DNA of 64,000 nt, taken from Cyanophora paradoxa CCMP329 (taxonomy: Eukaryota; Plantae; Glaucophyta). Below the pieces are notes generated by a model. That model did no database searches and had not been told where the DNA came from. It saw only the letters and a program-made list of their open reading frames with translations. This document shows positions 10,121 to 22,842 of this stretch, piece by piece (position 1 is the first letter of the stretch; every line of letters starts with the position of its first letter). The stretch lies in assembly GCA_004431415.1 (NCBI GenBank), contig QPMI01000093.1, positions 62,001 to 126,000 of the forward strand, in the 5' to 3' direction. The position numbers and the translations under genes were made by a program.

Positions 10121-13100
10121 TTAATGCGAGGAAAATAGAGCAGACCCCTCCTCCTCGTTCACATCCCAGCCGGCGACAACGTAGGTGAGCAACTCCACGC
10201 AGACGCAAACGCGAGCGAAAGCTTCCTTCCCGGTCCCATCCAGACCCGGGCTGAGGGGGCAAGAATCGAACCAGCGAGCCAGCGCCTCCGACAGGCCTGA
10301 GTGGGGTGCATGAGCGCGATCGAGATGATCATGAGATACATCATGATCATGATCGAAGGCGCACTGGAACCGAAGATGCCGGCATAGCTTGAGAAGAGTT
10401 CAGACGCCTCCCGGCGCTTTTCGGGGTCAGCCATCGACGACGCCGCGCGCCGAAGAGGCGCGAAGAGCTTCTCCATGCTATCTCCACCGAAATAGGAGGC
10501 CATCGCGCCAAGAACGGCGTGCATGTGGCCGTTCTGCGCATGCACGGGAGTGATCGTGAGCGTCTAGGATATTTCGAAGCAGCAAACTTTCGAGGCAGAA
10601 AGCACCTCCCAAAGCACACTGCTGATTTTCTGCAGGAGCAAAAGAGCCTCGGAGCAGGAGAGAGAGCGCTTGGAGCCGCGCTCCAGCAACAACTTGTAGA
10701 CTGCAGCTGCGCACGAATGTGAGCTATTTTAATTCTCTGATTTGCGGCTGGCTCACTGGAAGGCTCGAGCTCCGGCTGCGGATCCGGCATGGGCACGCCG
10801 GGGTATCCCTCGAAACGGGATTGCAGGACGAAGTCGCGCAGGCGCCCCGAGTCGCGGGCCTCCTGCAGCAGGCCGTCGACAAGGCGCAGCCAGGGCCTGC
10901 TCAACTCGGGATCCTCCTCCTCCCCCGCGGCCGGCCGCGGGCGGTAGATCTTGGCGCAGAGGAAGCCCTCCGGGTCCTTGAAGACCACGTGGAGCTCGGG
11001 GGGCCCCGCCCGCGTCGGCTGGCCGAGGGACTTGTGATAGTACTCGAGGAAGTCCGACTCGTGGCCTCCGAGGGCGCTGTGCATGGACTCGAGGGTCTCC
11101 GCGCTGCTGACGAGCACGTGGCTGACGGTTTCGCCCCCGCAGCTGACGGGCACGACGATGATCGGGCGCTGCCCGCTCTTCATCTTCGACAGGAGCTGCT
11201 CGGAGGCGGGGCCATCCTCGTCGCGCAGCCGGTGTATTGAGGGCGCCGCGAAGGATGCAGAGAGGTTGGCGAGGGCGATCCTGTCAGCGATCGGGTCGGC
11301 GTCCACCGCTGCCTTCAGGCAGCGCTTGATGACCGCCAGTTCATTTTTGCACTTCAACGCGTCGCCGCCAGCGCCGCCCCGGGCGCCGGCCTCCTCGGCA
11401 CTGCTGGAATGCGCCTGCGGCGCGCGCGCAAAACTCCAATCGTGAGACATCATGACAAACGGAATCTAAAGCTCAAACAAGAGAAGGAGAGAGAGAGAGA
11501 GAGCCGCGCACCTCAGCATTTGCGGCAAGCTTGCGATTGAGCGTTTCCCGCAGGTAGAGCGATCGAGCCTCCACATGGTTGTCCAGAGACATCTTCTGGT
11601 TCACCGGCATCAAGTTTGTCGCGTCTTGCAGGACGACCTGCGAAGAAATTTAAAATGGGAAGGACGCAACGCGGTAGAGGGGCGGGAAAATCCACCTTGC
11701 GCCCGGAGTCCTTGGCGATCGCGAGGCTCGCGGGGGCGGCGTTCTGCTGCTGGCCACGGGTCCTTGCAGATCGCCGCAGTCCGGGCGCCTCGACGTCCTG
11801 GTGAGCGATCTCGGCGTCGGCCCGCACGCGCCGGCGTCCCGGTGCCTTGCGAGCCTGGCGTCCCATGAGTGAGTGATATACACAGGTGGTGAACGAAGAA
11901 GAAGGAGATCTAGAGGACGCACCTCGAGCGGCTGCGAGGGCGACGCGGGCCGAGCGGCGACCAGAGTGTTGGTCACGTTGGCCAGCGCAACGCGGGATGA
12001 GCTCGGGCCCGCCTTGGCCGAAGTTCGCTGCCCGGGCCGAGTAACGTTAACACGAAGGGCGGGGCTGCCATGGGCGATGCATATGGATGGATGGGCGGGG
12101 CGCACCACTTGTACACGTTTATTGGCGCGGCGTTGGAGCGGGAACGCCTCCTGCTCGTTGTCTTCCTCGGTTTCGCGATGCTGGTCGCTGCTGGTCTCGC
12201 GATGGGAGCGCTGGGAGGACCGCAGCCCCGGGCGCGAAGACCGTGCCGGCGCCTGCAGGCGGGGTCAGGACACGTGAACATGCGAAAGGAGGCCGGGGCT
12301 GCAGGAGACGGGAAAGGCACCACCTCGGCTTCGCTCCCCGCGGCAGGGGCCGGCGCCTCGGGCAGCACGGCAGGCTGCTCGTCGGCCGGAGCGGGCGGCG
12401 CGCCCTCCTCGTCGGCCTCGAAGCCAGCGCCAAGGTCCACCGGCATGTCGTCCTGCCCGCCGATCTCGACGTGGCCCTGCTGCACCCACGCATTAAAATA
12501 ATCAATAATAAGAAGCCTTGCTCGGCCTCGGCGGGCGTCGTACGCGCCTTCTCCGCGTGCTCCTCCGCGTGCTGGCCTCCGGAGCCGCCCTCCCCAATCA
12601 CGGGCTGCGGTAGACGCGGCGCGTCAGGGCCAGGCACTAGTACTTCATGGAAAGGGGGGCAAGCCGGGACGCACCGATTCGCGGCGGCTTGACGGCGGAG
12701 ATATCTCCTCGTCGGAGAACGCAGGGCCACCATGGGACGAGCGCAGAGCCGCCGGGGGCGCCGGGGACTCGGCCGATGCCCGACGGGGGCGCCGGGGTTC
12801 TTCATGGGTCTCCTGCTGCGGGCTGCGCGCCGACAGCTGCAGCGCCGTGAGGCTCGGATTTCTTTTCAGCAGAGGGCGGAGCGCACCTTCCGCTTGGACC
12901 GCTGCTGCTCGTCGTCGTGCCCCTCCTCTTCTCCATCGTACCCCTCCTCAACTTCGTCTTCGGGCCGTCGGGGGGCGCGACGCCCGGACGCGTCGGCCTG
13001 GCGCCGCATGAGGGCGGGGCGGGGGGGGGGGGGGGGGGGGGGGGCGGGGGGCGGGGCGGGGCGCACGACGGGGTCGACGGCGCCCTCCTCGTGCTCGCCG

Positions 13101-16100
13101 TCCCCTGCACCCTGCCCCTGCTCGGCCTCCACGGCCCTGCGCGCCGGATCGAATGGACGGGAGGGAGCGAGGAGGGGTGGGGGTACCGTGAATCAAGCGG
13201 TTTCGGCTGCAGGCTCGCCGCGGGAGGGGAAGAGGAACGGGGAGGGGCGGAAGGGCGCAGAGCCTTGCGGACCTCGGCCGCCGCGAGCGCCCTTTCCGCC
13301 GCCTTGCAGGCGGCATCGAGCGCCTGGGCCGCCTCCGCCGCGCAGCCAGCCACCCAGTTCACTTCCTTGTCGAGGTCGCCCACAGCCGCGACGGCGGCCG
13401 CCCCAGCCGCCTCGACCGCGTTCCCTGCCTCAATCGCCGCCGCCGCAAGGGGCTTTGCGGCCTCAAGCGCCGCCTTGGCCTTGGCCTCCTCCGCGGCGGC
13501 CTCCGCTGCCGCCGCTGCTGCCTCCTCGGCGCTGCTCGCCCCCTCCGCCTTGCCCGCCGCCATCTCGGCCGCGACCGCCGCCGCCTTCGCCTTGGAAAGG
13601 TGCGCGGCGGCCTGATTCTTCAAGGACTCGAGCGCGGCCAGAGCGCTGACGGCGCCAGCCTGGCGAAGGAAGCGTGAGGCTCGGGTGCGGGTGAGGGGTG
13701 GGGGCGGGCGGCGCGCACGTCGAGGCCGGCGGCGCCCTCCGCATCCCCGCCCCCGCCGCCCGCCGCCGCCTCGTCGCCCTCCTTGTCGCCCTCGAGCTCC
13801 CCCTGCGGGCCGCGCTCGTCAGCGCTGCCGACCTGGCGGAGGATGCGGGCGCAGGCGCGGCACCTCCTCGTCGTCGGCGGCGGCGGCACCCGTGGCGCGG
13901 CGGCTGCCCGCGGGCGGCTGGGCCGCGGCCTCCGGGGCCCCCTCGCCGTCGCCGTGCCCGGGCTCGAGGTGCTGGGGCACCTCATCGTCGTCGGCGCTTG
14001 GACGGGCATCAGCGCGGCGGGAGGCGTTCCCGTCGCTCTCGCCCTCGTCGTTCTCACTCTCGCTGCTCTCCGCCTGCGTACGCATTGGCGCCGTGAGAGG
14101 CGGCAGCTCGGCGAGCGCCGGCGGCGCTCACTGCCTCGGAGCTCGAAGGCGCGGCGGAGCGGCGGGGGGTGCTCGCGCCATCGTCATCTTCCTCCTCCGA
14201 ATCCTCCTCGTCGAGCTGCAGAGGCGCAGCAGGCGTCAGTACCAGTCCGAGCAGGTCGGCGAAGTCGGGATCCGGAGGAGCACACATCAATGGGCGACCG
14301 GAGGATCCGGGGCAGCTTCTCCTGCAAGGCGGGCCCGCCGGGCGCAATCTGGCCGACCCCGTTTAATCGCCGGCGACAAAAACGAGCGCGGCAAGCGCGC
14401 ACCGCCGCCTCGTCATCGCCATTCGCGTCGCTCTCACTCTGCGCACACGTCGGCGTCGTGAGTGATACCGGTGGCGACACGGCGAGTGCCGGCCGCGCTC
14501 ACTGCCTTGGGACTCGAACGCACAGCGGAGCGGCGGCGCTGGGAGTGGCGCTGGGGTGATGGCGAGAACCCGTGCTCCGCCTGAGGGAGCAGCCCGGGTG
14601 AGGAGGACGACAGAGCATGAAGACCTCGACGCAGGGCTCGCACGCACCCCGCTGCGCTCCGACGACTTGCGCTTCTCCCCGTGTTGCTCGCTTCCCTCCT
14701 CCTCCTCCTCCTCCTCGTCCTCCTCGTCCTCCTCGTCCTCGTCCTGGACGTCGCAGTCGGCGGGCGGCAAAAGCTTAAGGAGCCGTCGAGCGGCGCGGGG
14801 CGGCGGGGCGGCGGTTGCGGACCTCGGTCTCGCGCTGGCTCTCTGAGGCACTTCCCGCCCCGCTAATGCTCTGCGAGGAGCGGATCAGGGCATCGGAAGC
14901 GGCGCTGGAGGGTGGGCAGGCGCGCACGGAGGACGGGGACCGCTCGCCGTCCCACGAACTTGACGACCGCGACCCGCGGCCGGACGACGTCGACGCCCGG
15001 CTTGCTGGGGATGCGGAAGCCGAGGCCCTCGCAGCCACCTGGGCGGCCGCCGAGTCCCTCGCGGTCCGGAGCCGCTCGAGCTGCGCGCGCAGCTCCTGCG
15101 CACGCAGAGAGGGATAAGCTGCTGGCGAATTCGGATGCCTTTTTCGTCGCACCTGCATCTCGCGCTCGACGGCATCGGCGCGCTTCTCAGCCGTCTCCTT
15201 GTCTTCCTGCGCGCAGAGATGAGGAGGATGTGACAAGGAGGCAGCGCGCATCGACGGCTACGCAAGCAGGCGTGCGTACCTTTAGCTTGCGCTGAGCATC
15301 AGCGTCCGCATGTGCAGCCGCCTGCACCTCCCTCAGCTCAGCCGCGGTTTTCGCTGCAGTGTCGCGGGCCGTCTGCGTGCAGATCGATGTGAGTTCTAGG
15401 GGCGCGCGATGGACGGCGCTGGCGGCGGCGGAAGCACCTGCAGCGATTTCCGCGCCGCTTCCAACTGCCTCTCGGCCTCCTGCAAAGAGAGAAATGAGGG
15501 GCGCAAGGCGAACGGACAGGCCGGTCGAATTTCAAAGCACCCGCAGCGACTGTTGGATCCTCTCGAGCTCCTCGTCCTTTTCCTCCTCCAGGTTCTGCGG
15601 GCCGGAGGCGGCGGGGCGGGGCGGGGCGGGGCGATGCATGGGTGTCTCGCCGACGAGGGCGGGGAGGGCCGGGCGGGCGATCGCGAGCGCACTCTCAGCT
15701 CCTCAAACACTTGGTTTAAGCCCGACTCGGCGAGGTCCGCGCGCTCCTTCTCCTCCGCTGCCTCCGCCTGCGACTCGGCCGCGTGCCGCCTCGCCTCCGC
15801 GGTCTCCTGCAGCGCCCGCCTGGCCGCATCGCGCGCCTCCAACAGCGCCCGCTGTTCCGCCTGCAGGGTCGCGGTTGGCGGCGGCGGCGCGCAGGGCCGC
15901 GTGGCGCAGGGGCATGATCATGATCACCTGGCGCTCTGCCTCAACGGCTGAGGCGCGGGTGCGGAGCTCCTCCAACGCGCCTCGCAACGCCTGTCCCACA
16001 CCCCCGGCAACCTCACGCGGCGGCGGCGCGCGCAAGAGAAGGGCGGGGTGGGCGTGGGGACCTGCAGCTCTCGCTTGGCATCCGCGAGCTCGGTCTCTGC

Positions 16101-17805
16101 GCGGGCGGCGCGACCCTCGGCCTCCTGCGCGCAGGGAGGGGTGAGAAGCACGGGCAGGACGGTGAGTTAAATACAGGCACCTTGAGCAAGCGCGACGCCT
16201 CCCGCTGCTCCGCCGTGGCGCTCTCGGCGGCTGCGAGGGCCACCTGCGGAGGGACCCGTGAGTCGCCCGCGATGGACGCCGCCAGCGCAGGCGGAGTCCG
16301 CCACCTTCTGCTGCTCCACCAGGTCAAGGACGAACGCCTCAGCCGCATCCGCGCGCAAGTTCGCTGCCATCGCATTCTGGTTCGCCTCATCCACGGCCCC
16401 TCTTGCGCCGGCGATCGTCAGCTGCGCCTCCTGCAAGGGAGCGCGTGAGCGCCCCGCCGGGGTCAAAAGCGCGGGCGTGGCGGCGGCAGCGGGCGGAGAC
16501 GCACGTTCAGCTGCTCCGTCAGGGCGCGGGCGCGCTCCTGAGCCGCGGCGGCGTTCTGGTTCGCCGTCGTCGCTTGCTGGCGTGCCTGCTCCGCAGCTTC
16601 CCGCTCGCGGCCGATCGCCTGCTGCGTCGCCTGCAAAAAATCGCGTGAGCGTCCCGCCGGGGTCAAAGACGCGGGCATGGTTGCGGCGGCGGGCGGAGAC
16701 GCACGTTCAGCTGCTCCGTCAGGGCGCGGGCGCGCTCCTGAGCCGCGGCGGCGTTCTGGTTCGCCGTCGTCGCTTGCTGGCGTGCCTGCTCCGCAGCTTC
16801 CCGCTCGCGGCCGATCGCCTGCTGCGCCTCCTGCAAGGGAGCGCGTGAGCGTCCCGCCGGGGTCAAAAGCGCGGGCGTGGCGGCTGCAGCGGGCGGAGAC
16901 GCACGTTCAGCTGCTCCGTCAGGGCGCGGGCGCGCTCCTGAGCCGCGGCGGCGTTCTGGTTCGCCGTCGTCGCTTGCTGGCGTGCCTGCTCCGCAGCTTC
17001 CCGCTCGCGGCCGATCGCCTGCTGCGTCGCCTGCAAAAAATCGCGTGAGCGTCCCGCCGGGGTCAAAGACGCGGGCATGGTTGCGGCGGCGGGCGCACGT
17101 TCAGCTGCTCCGTCAGGGCGCGGACGCTCGCCTCAGCCGCGGCCGCCCGCTCCCGAGCCGCGACCACGCCCGCGTTCGCCGTCGTCGCTTCTCGGCGTGC
17201 CTGCTCCGCCGCCCTCTGCTCGGTGAGTAACTCCTGCTTCGCCGCCTGCAAAGGAGCGCGTGAGCGCCCCGCCGGGTTAGAGAACGCAGTCGTGGCGGCG
17301 GCGGCGGCGGGCTGGAGCGCACGGCCAGCTGCCCCGTAAGGGTGCGGACGCTCGCCTCAGCCGCGGCCACGCGCCCCCGAAAGGCGTTGCAGGTCTGCAA
17401 AGCCGCCTGCACCCGCGCGGCGTCAGCGGCGACGGCACACGGAGGAATGCAGGACAGGCGTGGTGACCTGCAGCTCGCGCTTGGCGTCTCCTAGCTGGGC
17501 TTCCACGAGCTCAACGTGCCTCTTCGCCTCCGCGGCCTCTGCCTCGGCGCCCTCGGCGTTTGCTCGGGCATCCTACGTGCAGGAGGAGGTGAGGTCGCAA
17601 GCTGGACGGCGAATTCGATTCGAGCACCTCGAGCTCCTTTTCGAGTGCCTTATTCTCGTAGTGAAGCTGTCCAGGCTGTTGCAGGGAATGAGACCATGCA
17701 AACACGTGAAACAAAAGGAAAAAGAAAGGAACGTACGTCTGCAATCTCTATTTTCGACCAGTCGTAAACTGCTTTTGCGTAGCGCACAACTCCCGACAGT
17801 GACAT
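10121..17805 (-). CDS. Large multi-exon coiled-coil / low-complexity protein of unknown function (gene 1 of the triplicated unit)
   Basis: ATG at 17805 (MSLSGVVRYAKAVYDW...). A chain of GT-AG bounded exons encodes E/A/Q/R-rich heptads, acidic and Ala-rich tracts and a globular C-terminal part (10347-11453 frame). The 3' end is approximate. Confidence 0.6.
16431..17330 (-). repeat. Tandem exon+intron duplication, 200-bp period; each 126-nt exon encodes 42 aa of coiled coil
   Basis: Exons 17030-16905, 16830-16705 and 16630-16505 encode (E/A)xQQAIGREREAAEQARQQATTANQNAAAAQERARALTEQLN. The introns between them are near-identical. Confidence 0.9.
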
Positions 17806-17941
17806 TCTGCCCCAGCTGCGTGCACGAAAGCTAAGAGTGAGAACCTTGACCTCGAGCAGCTCAAGGTTCGAACCGTGCGGCACAGGACCGGGAAGTTGCG
17901 GCGGGAGCCCGATCCTGCAGCCTCAAACACGCCAGCGCCGC

Positions 17942-20290
17942 CTCGCGGGCCGCGCTGCGCGAGAATCCGGTCAGAACGTCGCAAGCGGAGGCCACGCTTC
18001 GGACGCTGGGGTAAGTGAGGGGCCCGGGACGCGGCGGTCATCGAAAACGGCCTCCACTTATACGTCTGGCGAACCGCTAGAAACACGTGGCTCGGCGGAG
18101 GCCCGTAGGCGGCGAGTGTTGCCGGCGCGGGCCGGGCGAGGACCTGGCCTCGGGCGGGAAGAGCTAAGCGCGCCGGCCGTCCGCCCCTTGACACGCGCGA
18201 GGGAAAGGTGCTACTGACCGCGTTCGACTCCCACGCACGGCCCTGCCTCTCTAGACCTCCCCGGTGAGGCGGTCGCCGCCGGCCCGCCTGGCCGCGGAGG
18301 CCCGTCGCCAAGCGCTAGAGCTAGCCGGCAGACCCCAGAGAAAGCGTAGCACGCACCGTTCCCACGTACACGCTGCTTCGCGTGCGGGAAGCTGAATCTG
18401 ATCTGTGGAACCCTCGTCCTCTACTGTACCCCCTCCCTCGCCGCAGCCGTCTCCTCCGCTGCGAAAAGCCGGCCGCTGGCACCGCCGCACGCTCCCGGAT
18501 TGCCGCAGTGAATGCGGCAAGACTGGTGGCAGCCGAAGCTACGAGAGGCTCGCAGCACGGGAGAGCGCCGCAGCGTTGCTCGATGGAGACCGCTTCGCTT
18601 GGCTGGCGGCTTCCATACGATGCTTCGGCGTCGCTGGATGGACGCGAGTCCTCTCCGCGCCCGCGCCCGCGACGCGGCTCTCTGGCGGCAGCTGCAGCTT
18701 GCGCAGCTTGTGCATTGCATGGTCGTTCGGCGGGAATGGAGGATTGGAGACCGATCGGGACTCCGCCCCTGCCTTTCCGAACCTCGATGCCAGCGAGACC
18801 CAGCGGCGTCACACGGCACGATGACAGACGCCAGCTTCGCTTACTAGGCTAGGGGAGGCCGCTAAGCTGCAACTTCTGGGCTGCCGATGGCAAGTGGACC
18901 CGTCAGGTCTGGCTACCCCTCATTGAACGCTGCGCCGTAGCTGCAGGCAGCACTGCTGGCTCGTCGGCGGTGCTCTCTTATCGAGTGCGCAGCCGGTCCT
19001 CGGTCCTAGCGGCTTGAAGCCGTTCGGGCGCGTCGCTGCTTGGTCCTCGAGACCGGGCCGTCAGGTGGGTCGCTTACGCGGCACTTCGGCGCCAGCTGCT
19101 TACGGTCGACGCCCGCGCGCTTGCAGGGGCACGAGTTTGTTCACGCCAAGAACGACGAGAAGAACGTGCGCACGGCGCGCCGCGCGCCTGTCGGGATGGA
19201 CCAGCGAGGTGCGGCGGGTATGAACCCGCGCCGTGCGCGCCCGCGCGCGCCCTGAGCGCCCCGACGCAGCGGCTATGTGGCTTTCCGTCTGAAGAGCTTC
19301 TCGCGCGCCACGCCTGTGCGCACGCGCCCGCCTGAGCGCGGCGCGCGCGGCACGCGCCTCTCGCTTCCGATCCGCCGGCCTGACGCAGCTGCTGCGGGCG
19401 CGCAGCGATCCAAGCTGGCGTCTTGCTGACCGACGGCCCGCGGCTCTCGCCTGCCGGCCGCGCTGCCCACCACGGGCGCGCTCTCCTTGCCCCTGCTGGC
19501 CACCCCGGCCCCCCAGATCCGGAACTCTCGAGTGCTTCTTCTTCGGCGTGCCGGCCCGTTGGGGGCCTGCCAGGCGATCGCCGTACCCCCGTCTTCCCCG
19601 CACTGGTCTTAGAGGGCCGGACCTCTCGAGCCCGACAACGCGGTACCCCGGTTCCCGCGCCCGCCCGCTTGGCCCCTACGCGGCGCTTTGACGCGCGGGC
19701 GGGGCGCAGCTGCCGCTGCGGCCGCCACGGGACGATCGGGCGGGGCTGGACACGCACGTCGTACCCCTCCGTTACGAGAGCTGGGCCGGGACTTCGGGGA
19801 GAAGTGTGCCCTGTACCCCGCCCCGTCCACTGTATCCCCCCTCACGCCGTCACAGGCTCATGATCAGCGGTCATAGAAGGCGGGTGATCGGGTGCTGGCG
19901 GCGGGCCTGCGGCGGGGCGGCGCCCTAGCGAGCCTCCGGGCCTTCCTCCGTGCAGGCGACCTCGGCCCGTCGGGGGCCCGGGGTGACCCCTGCGTGGCAG
20001 CCGCCGCCTGCGGGCTCAGCGGCCAAGGTCCAGGGTCTCCCTCGCGGGTCCCAAGCAGGTGACTCCGCCCCGCCCTGGCGCCGTCCGCGCGCGCTTTGAC
20101 TCGCGCGCGCAGGGCGGCAGCCGCGGGAGACCGCGGGCGGGGGGCGTCGTCGGTCGGGCCCTGCGCTGCAGCCCCTCCCTCTAGCTTCCCGAACAAGCCG
20201 CCTACGCGGCGAGCCGGCCGCGGGTGACTCGGCGAGGCACGGCGAGGCGACGTGCACGAGTCGCCTTCGCGGCGAGCCGGCTGCAGGCCG
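17942..20290. repeat. ~2.2-kb dispersed direct-repeat module, copy 1
   Basis: Colinear homology with 26382-28420 and 32260-34500. Shared blocks include gagaatccggt.agaacgtcgcaa and gctagagctagccggcagaccccagagaaagcgtagcacgcacc. Confidence 0.92.
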
Positions 20291-20964
20291 CGGGCGGGCG
20301 ATGGCGGGCGGGCGGCGCAGAGGCACCAAGGTCGAGGTCTTGCGCAGCCTCGCCGCAGTCCTCGGCCTCTAGTTCAGCCCCTCCGGATCTGAGAGCAGCC
20401 TCTCTACAGTTTCTTCGCTCGTTCAGCCCCTCAGGGCCTAGGCCTGCTGCGTCGCCTGCTTTAATAGCCTCCTGGAGTCTGTTGGCTGCATGCGCATCAT
20501 GGCCCGATGATCATCGGATGATATCGATATATATATATAGCATGAATATTATATAGCATATTGCAAGGGGGGGTCAGCTGCTCAAACCCCCCTTGCTACC
20601 CGTCGGATTGTCTGTCACGCTGTCCAAGTCGGCCAGTTTGCAAGATAAAGATGGCAAAAGTCTTTTTGCTGTACCCAGTATCAGAGTGTACCCCCCCAGT
20701 TGGCTTAAGGGGGGGAACTCTCTAGGTTTCAGGGGGAAAGCCAAATTTCGGGGAAACGGAAACGCGGCTCATAAGGCCTCTAAGGAGCCCGGAGCACCAG
20801 AAATCCATGTTCTAGCTAGAAATAGCTTCCTAAGCGTGCGCTACGCGCCGGCGCCCGGCTCGGCAGTTTTCGGTCGACGGCCAACGGTCACAGGAACTGA
20901 TGCGCCGAAACGCCCCGGGTACACATATGCGCGCGCCAACCGCACGCGCGGGGCAGCGGACGTC

Positions 20965-21160
20965 GACAGCGGAACGAGGGCGCTAAAACGCGCTGGAGGA
21001 GAGCTTTAGAAGCGCAGCGTGCGGACGCAGGAACCGATGCGCCGATTGCGGGGCCCCCGTTTAAAATTACGGGGAGCAATCGGCGCATCGGTTCCTGCGT
21101 CCGCACGCTGCGCTTCTAAAGCTCTCCGGAGGCGCGTTTTAGCGCCCTCGTTCCGCTGTC
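20965..21160. other. Long near-perfect hairpin / fold-back (candidate small-RNA precursor or fold-back MITE)
   Basis: Arms of ~85 bp (gacagcggaacgagggcgctaaaacgcgc...gatgcgccgattgc and its reverse complement) with one internal bubble and a short AT loop. Confidence 0.85.
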
Positions 21161-21699
21161 CGCGCCCCGGCCCGATGCGCAACACGCGCAGGAGCTGGCG
21201 GGGGGTACACTCTCTCCCGGCCTCCGGCCGCTCGTGGACATACAGGTAGCGCTTCGCGCCGGCGGCTGTTAAAACGTTGCAATTGCCACTCCAGCGGCTG
21301 GCCCAGTGGCGCCCGGCCGCGGCCGCGGACCGCAAGCTTAAGTCGGCCCGGCTCCGCCGGTGCGGATCTACCTAGCTAGGACATACAACCCGCGCCATGC
21401 GCGCAAAGCCGCGCGCGGCCGCCAGCTGCAGCCGGCTTCTCAATGGCAGGCAAGCCGAGGAAGCAGCAGCTGCAGCTGCCGCCACGGCAGCCGCTAGACG
21501 GCGCTAGCGACCGGCGAAACGTCCTACCGCACGCTGCCGGTCCGATCCGCCCCTCCCCTCGCGTCGCCTGGCCTCTAGCAGCTGCCAGCTGCCACGTGTT
21601 CGAAGTGCTCCTGGGCGCCATCCGCATCGGCCCGCGCCGCGCCACCCTCGCGCACCGATGCCGGCATGCCGGCATGCCGCTTTGCAGCCGGCAACAAGC

Positions 21700-22260
21700 T
21701 CATCGGGTGGCAACGGAAGAGCGCGGGGCGGCGGGCGGGGCGCGTGGAGGCGCGCAGGGCGGCGGCGCGGCTCGTCGGGCGGACCGGAGTCGCGGCGGGC
21801 GGCGGCGCGGCTCTCCGTGCGGGGCGGAGGCGCGCGGGGCGGCGGAATGGCTCTCCGCGCGGGGCGGAGGCGTGGCGGCTGCGGGCGGCGGCGCGGCGCG
21901 CCGGGCCGGGCGCGCGCGGAGGCGCGACGTGCTCCACCGCGGCTCGCCGGCTGGGGCGGAGCCGCACGCCTGACTGAGTTGCGCGGCGGCGCGGCTTGAC
22001 GGGCGGGCCCGGGGCGGTGCGGAGGCGCGGCAGGCGGCGGCGCGGCTCGCCGGGCGGGGCGGAGGTGCGGCAGGCGGCGGCGCGCGCGGCTCGACGGGCG
22101 GGGTCCGGGGCGGTGCGGAGGCGCGGCGGGCGGCGGCGCGGCTCGCCGGGCGGGGCCCGGGCGGTGCGGAGGCGCGGCGGGCGGCGGCGCGGCTCGCCGG
22201 GCGGGACGGAGGCGCGGCAGGCGGTCGCCGGGCGGCGCGGTTCGCCACTGGGGCCAGGCG
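21700..22260. repeat. Degenerate GC-rich tandem repeat (~45-bp unit)
   Basis: Recurrent ggcggcggcgcggctcgccgggcgggg...gcggaggcgc units. Confidence 0.8.
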
Positions 22261-22842
22261 GGGCCCGGGGCGGCCTGCGAAGTCCGACGGTCGTGCACGT
22301 GGCGGGCGGCCACGTCCGGCGGGGTGGAGGCGGGCGGGGGCGCACTGCGGCATGCGCAGCGCGCATGGCTTTAAATTTTAATCTGTTCTGTGCGACCTTT
22401 AATTTCCATTTCGCGCTGCTTCTGCGAGCGTTGGCTGCAAATGTAAATGCTGTCTCTATTATTTAGCTATAGACCCACCTTGCACATCCTGAGACGAGCG
22501 GGGGGCGAGCGCGAGTCGAAGACCTAGTATAGCATGAATATTCACGTGCACTGCCCACTCTCAGAGTCTAGTGCTCATGATCCGATGATCATGCATATGA
22601 TGATCACTCAGTGTGACTGAGTCATGATCATGATCAGTGCGACTCGCGATCGGCTGCGCGCGCGCGCGCGCGTGCACACTGCACGTGTACGTTTACTTGT
22701 ACAGCAGCTTTACGAAGCTTTTAGGGCATCCTGAACGTTAAAGACACCTTCTAACTACAATAAGCTGTCTAAGCTTACTATGCGTACGACCAAACGACAG
22801 ACTCCAGCTTACGACGGCCAGCTGCAGAAGACAGGCTTCTGA

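Noticed and set aside
17750-17805. SH3 domain (RYAKAVYDW resembles ALYDY)
   Set aside because: The rest of the SH3 fold is missing; the next exons are coiled coil.
19120-19310. Plus-strand exon-like pieces in the module (EFVHAKNDEKNVRTARRAP) as a functional gene
   Set aside because: Indels between the three copies break the frame and no family is recognisable. At most a decayed gene or non-coding transcript.
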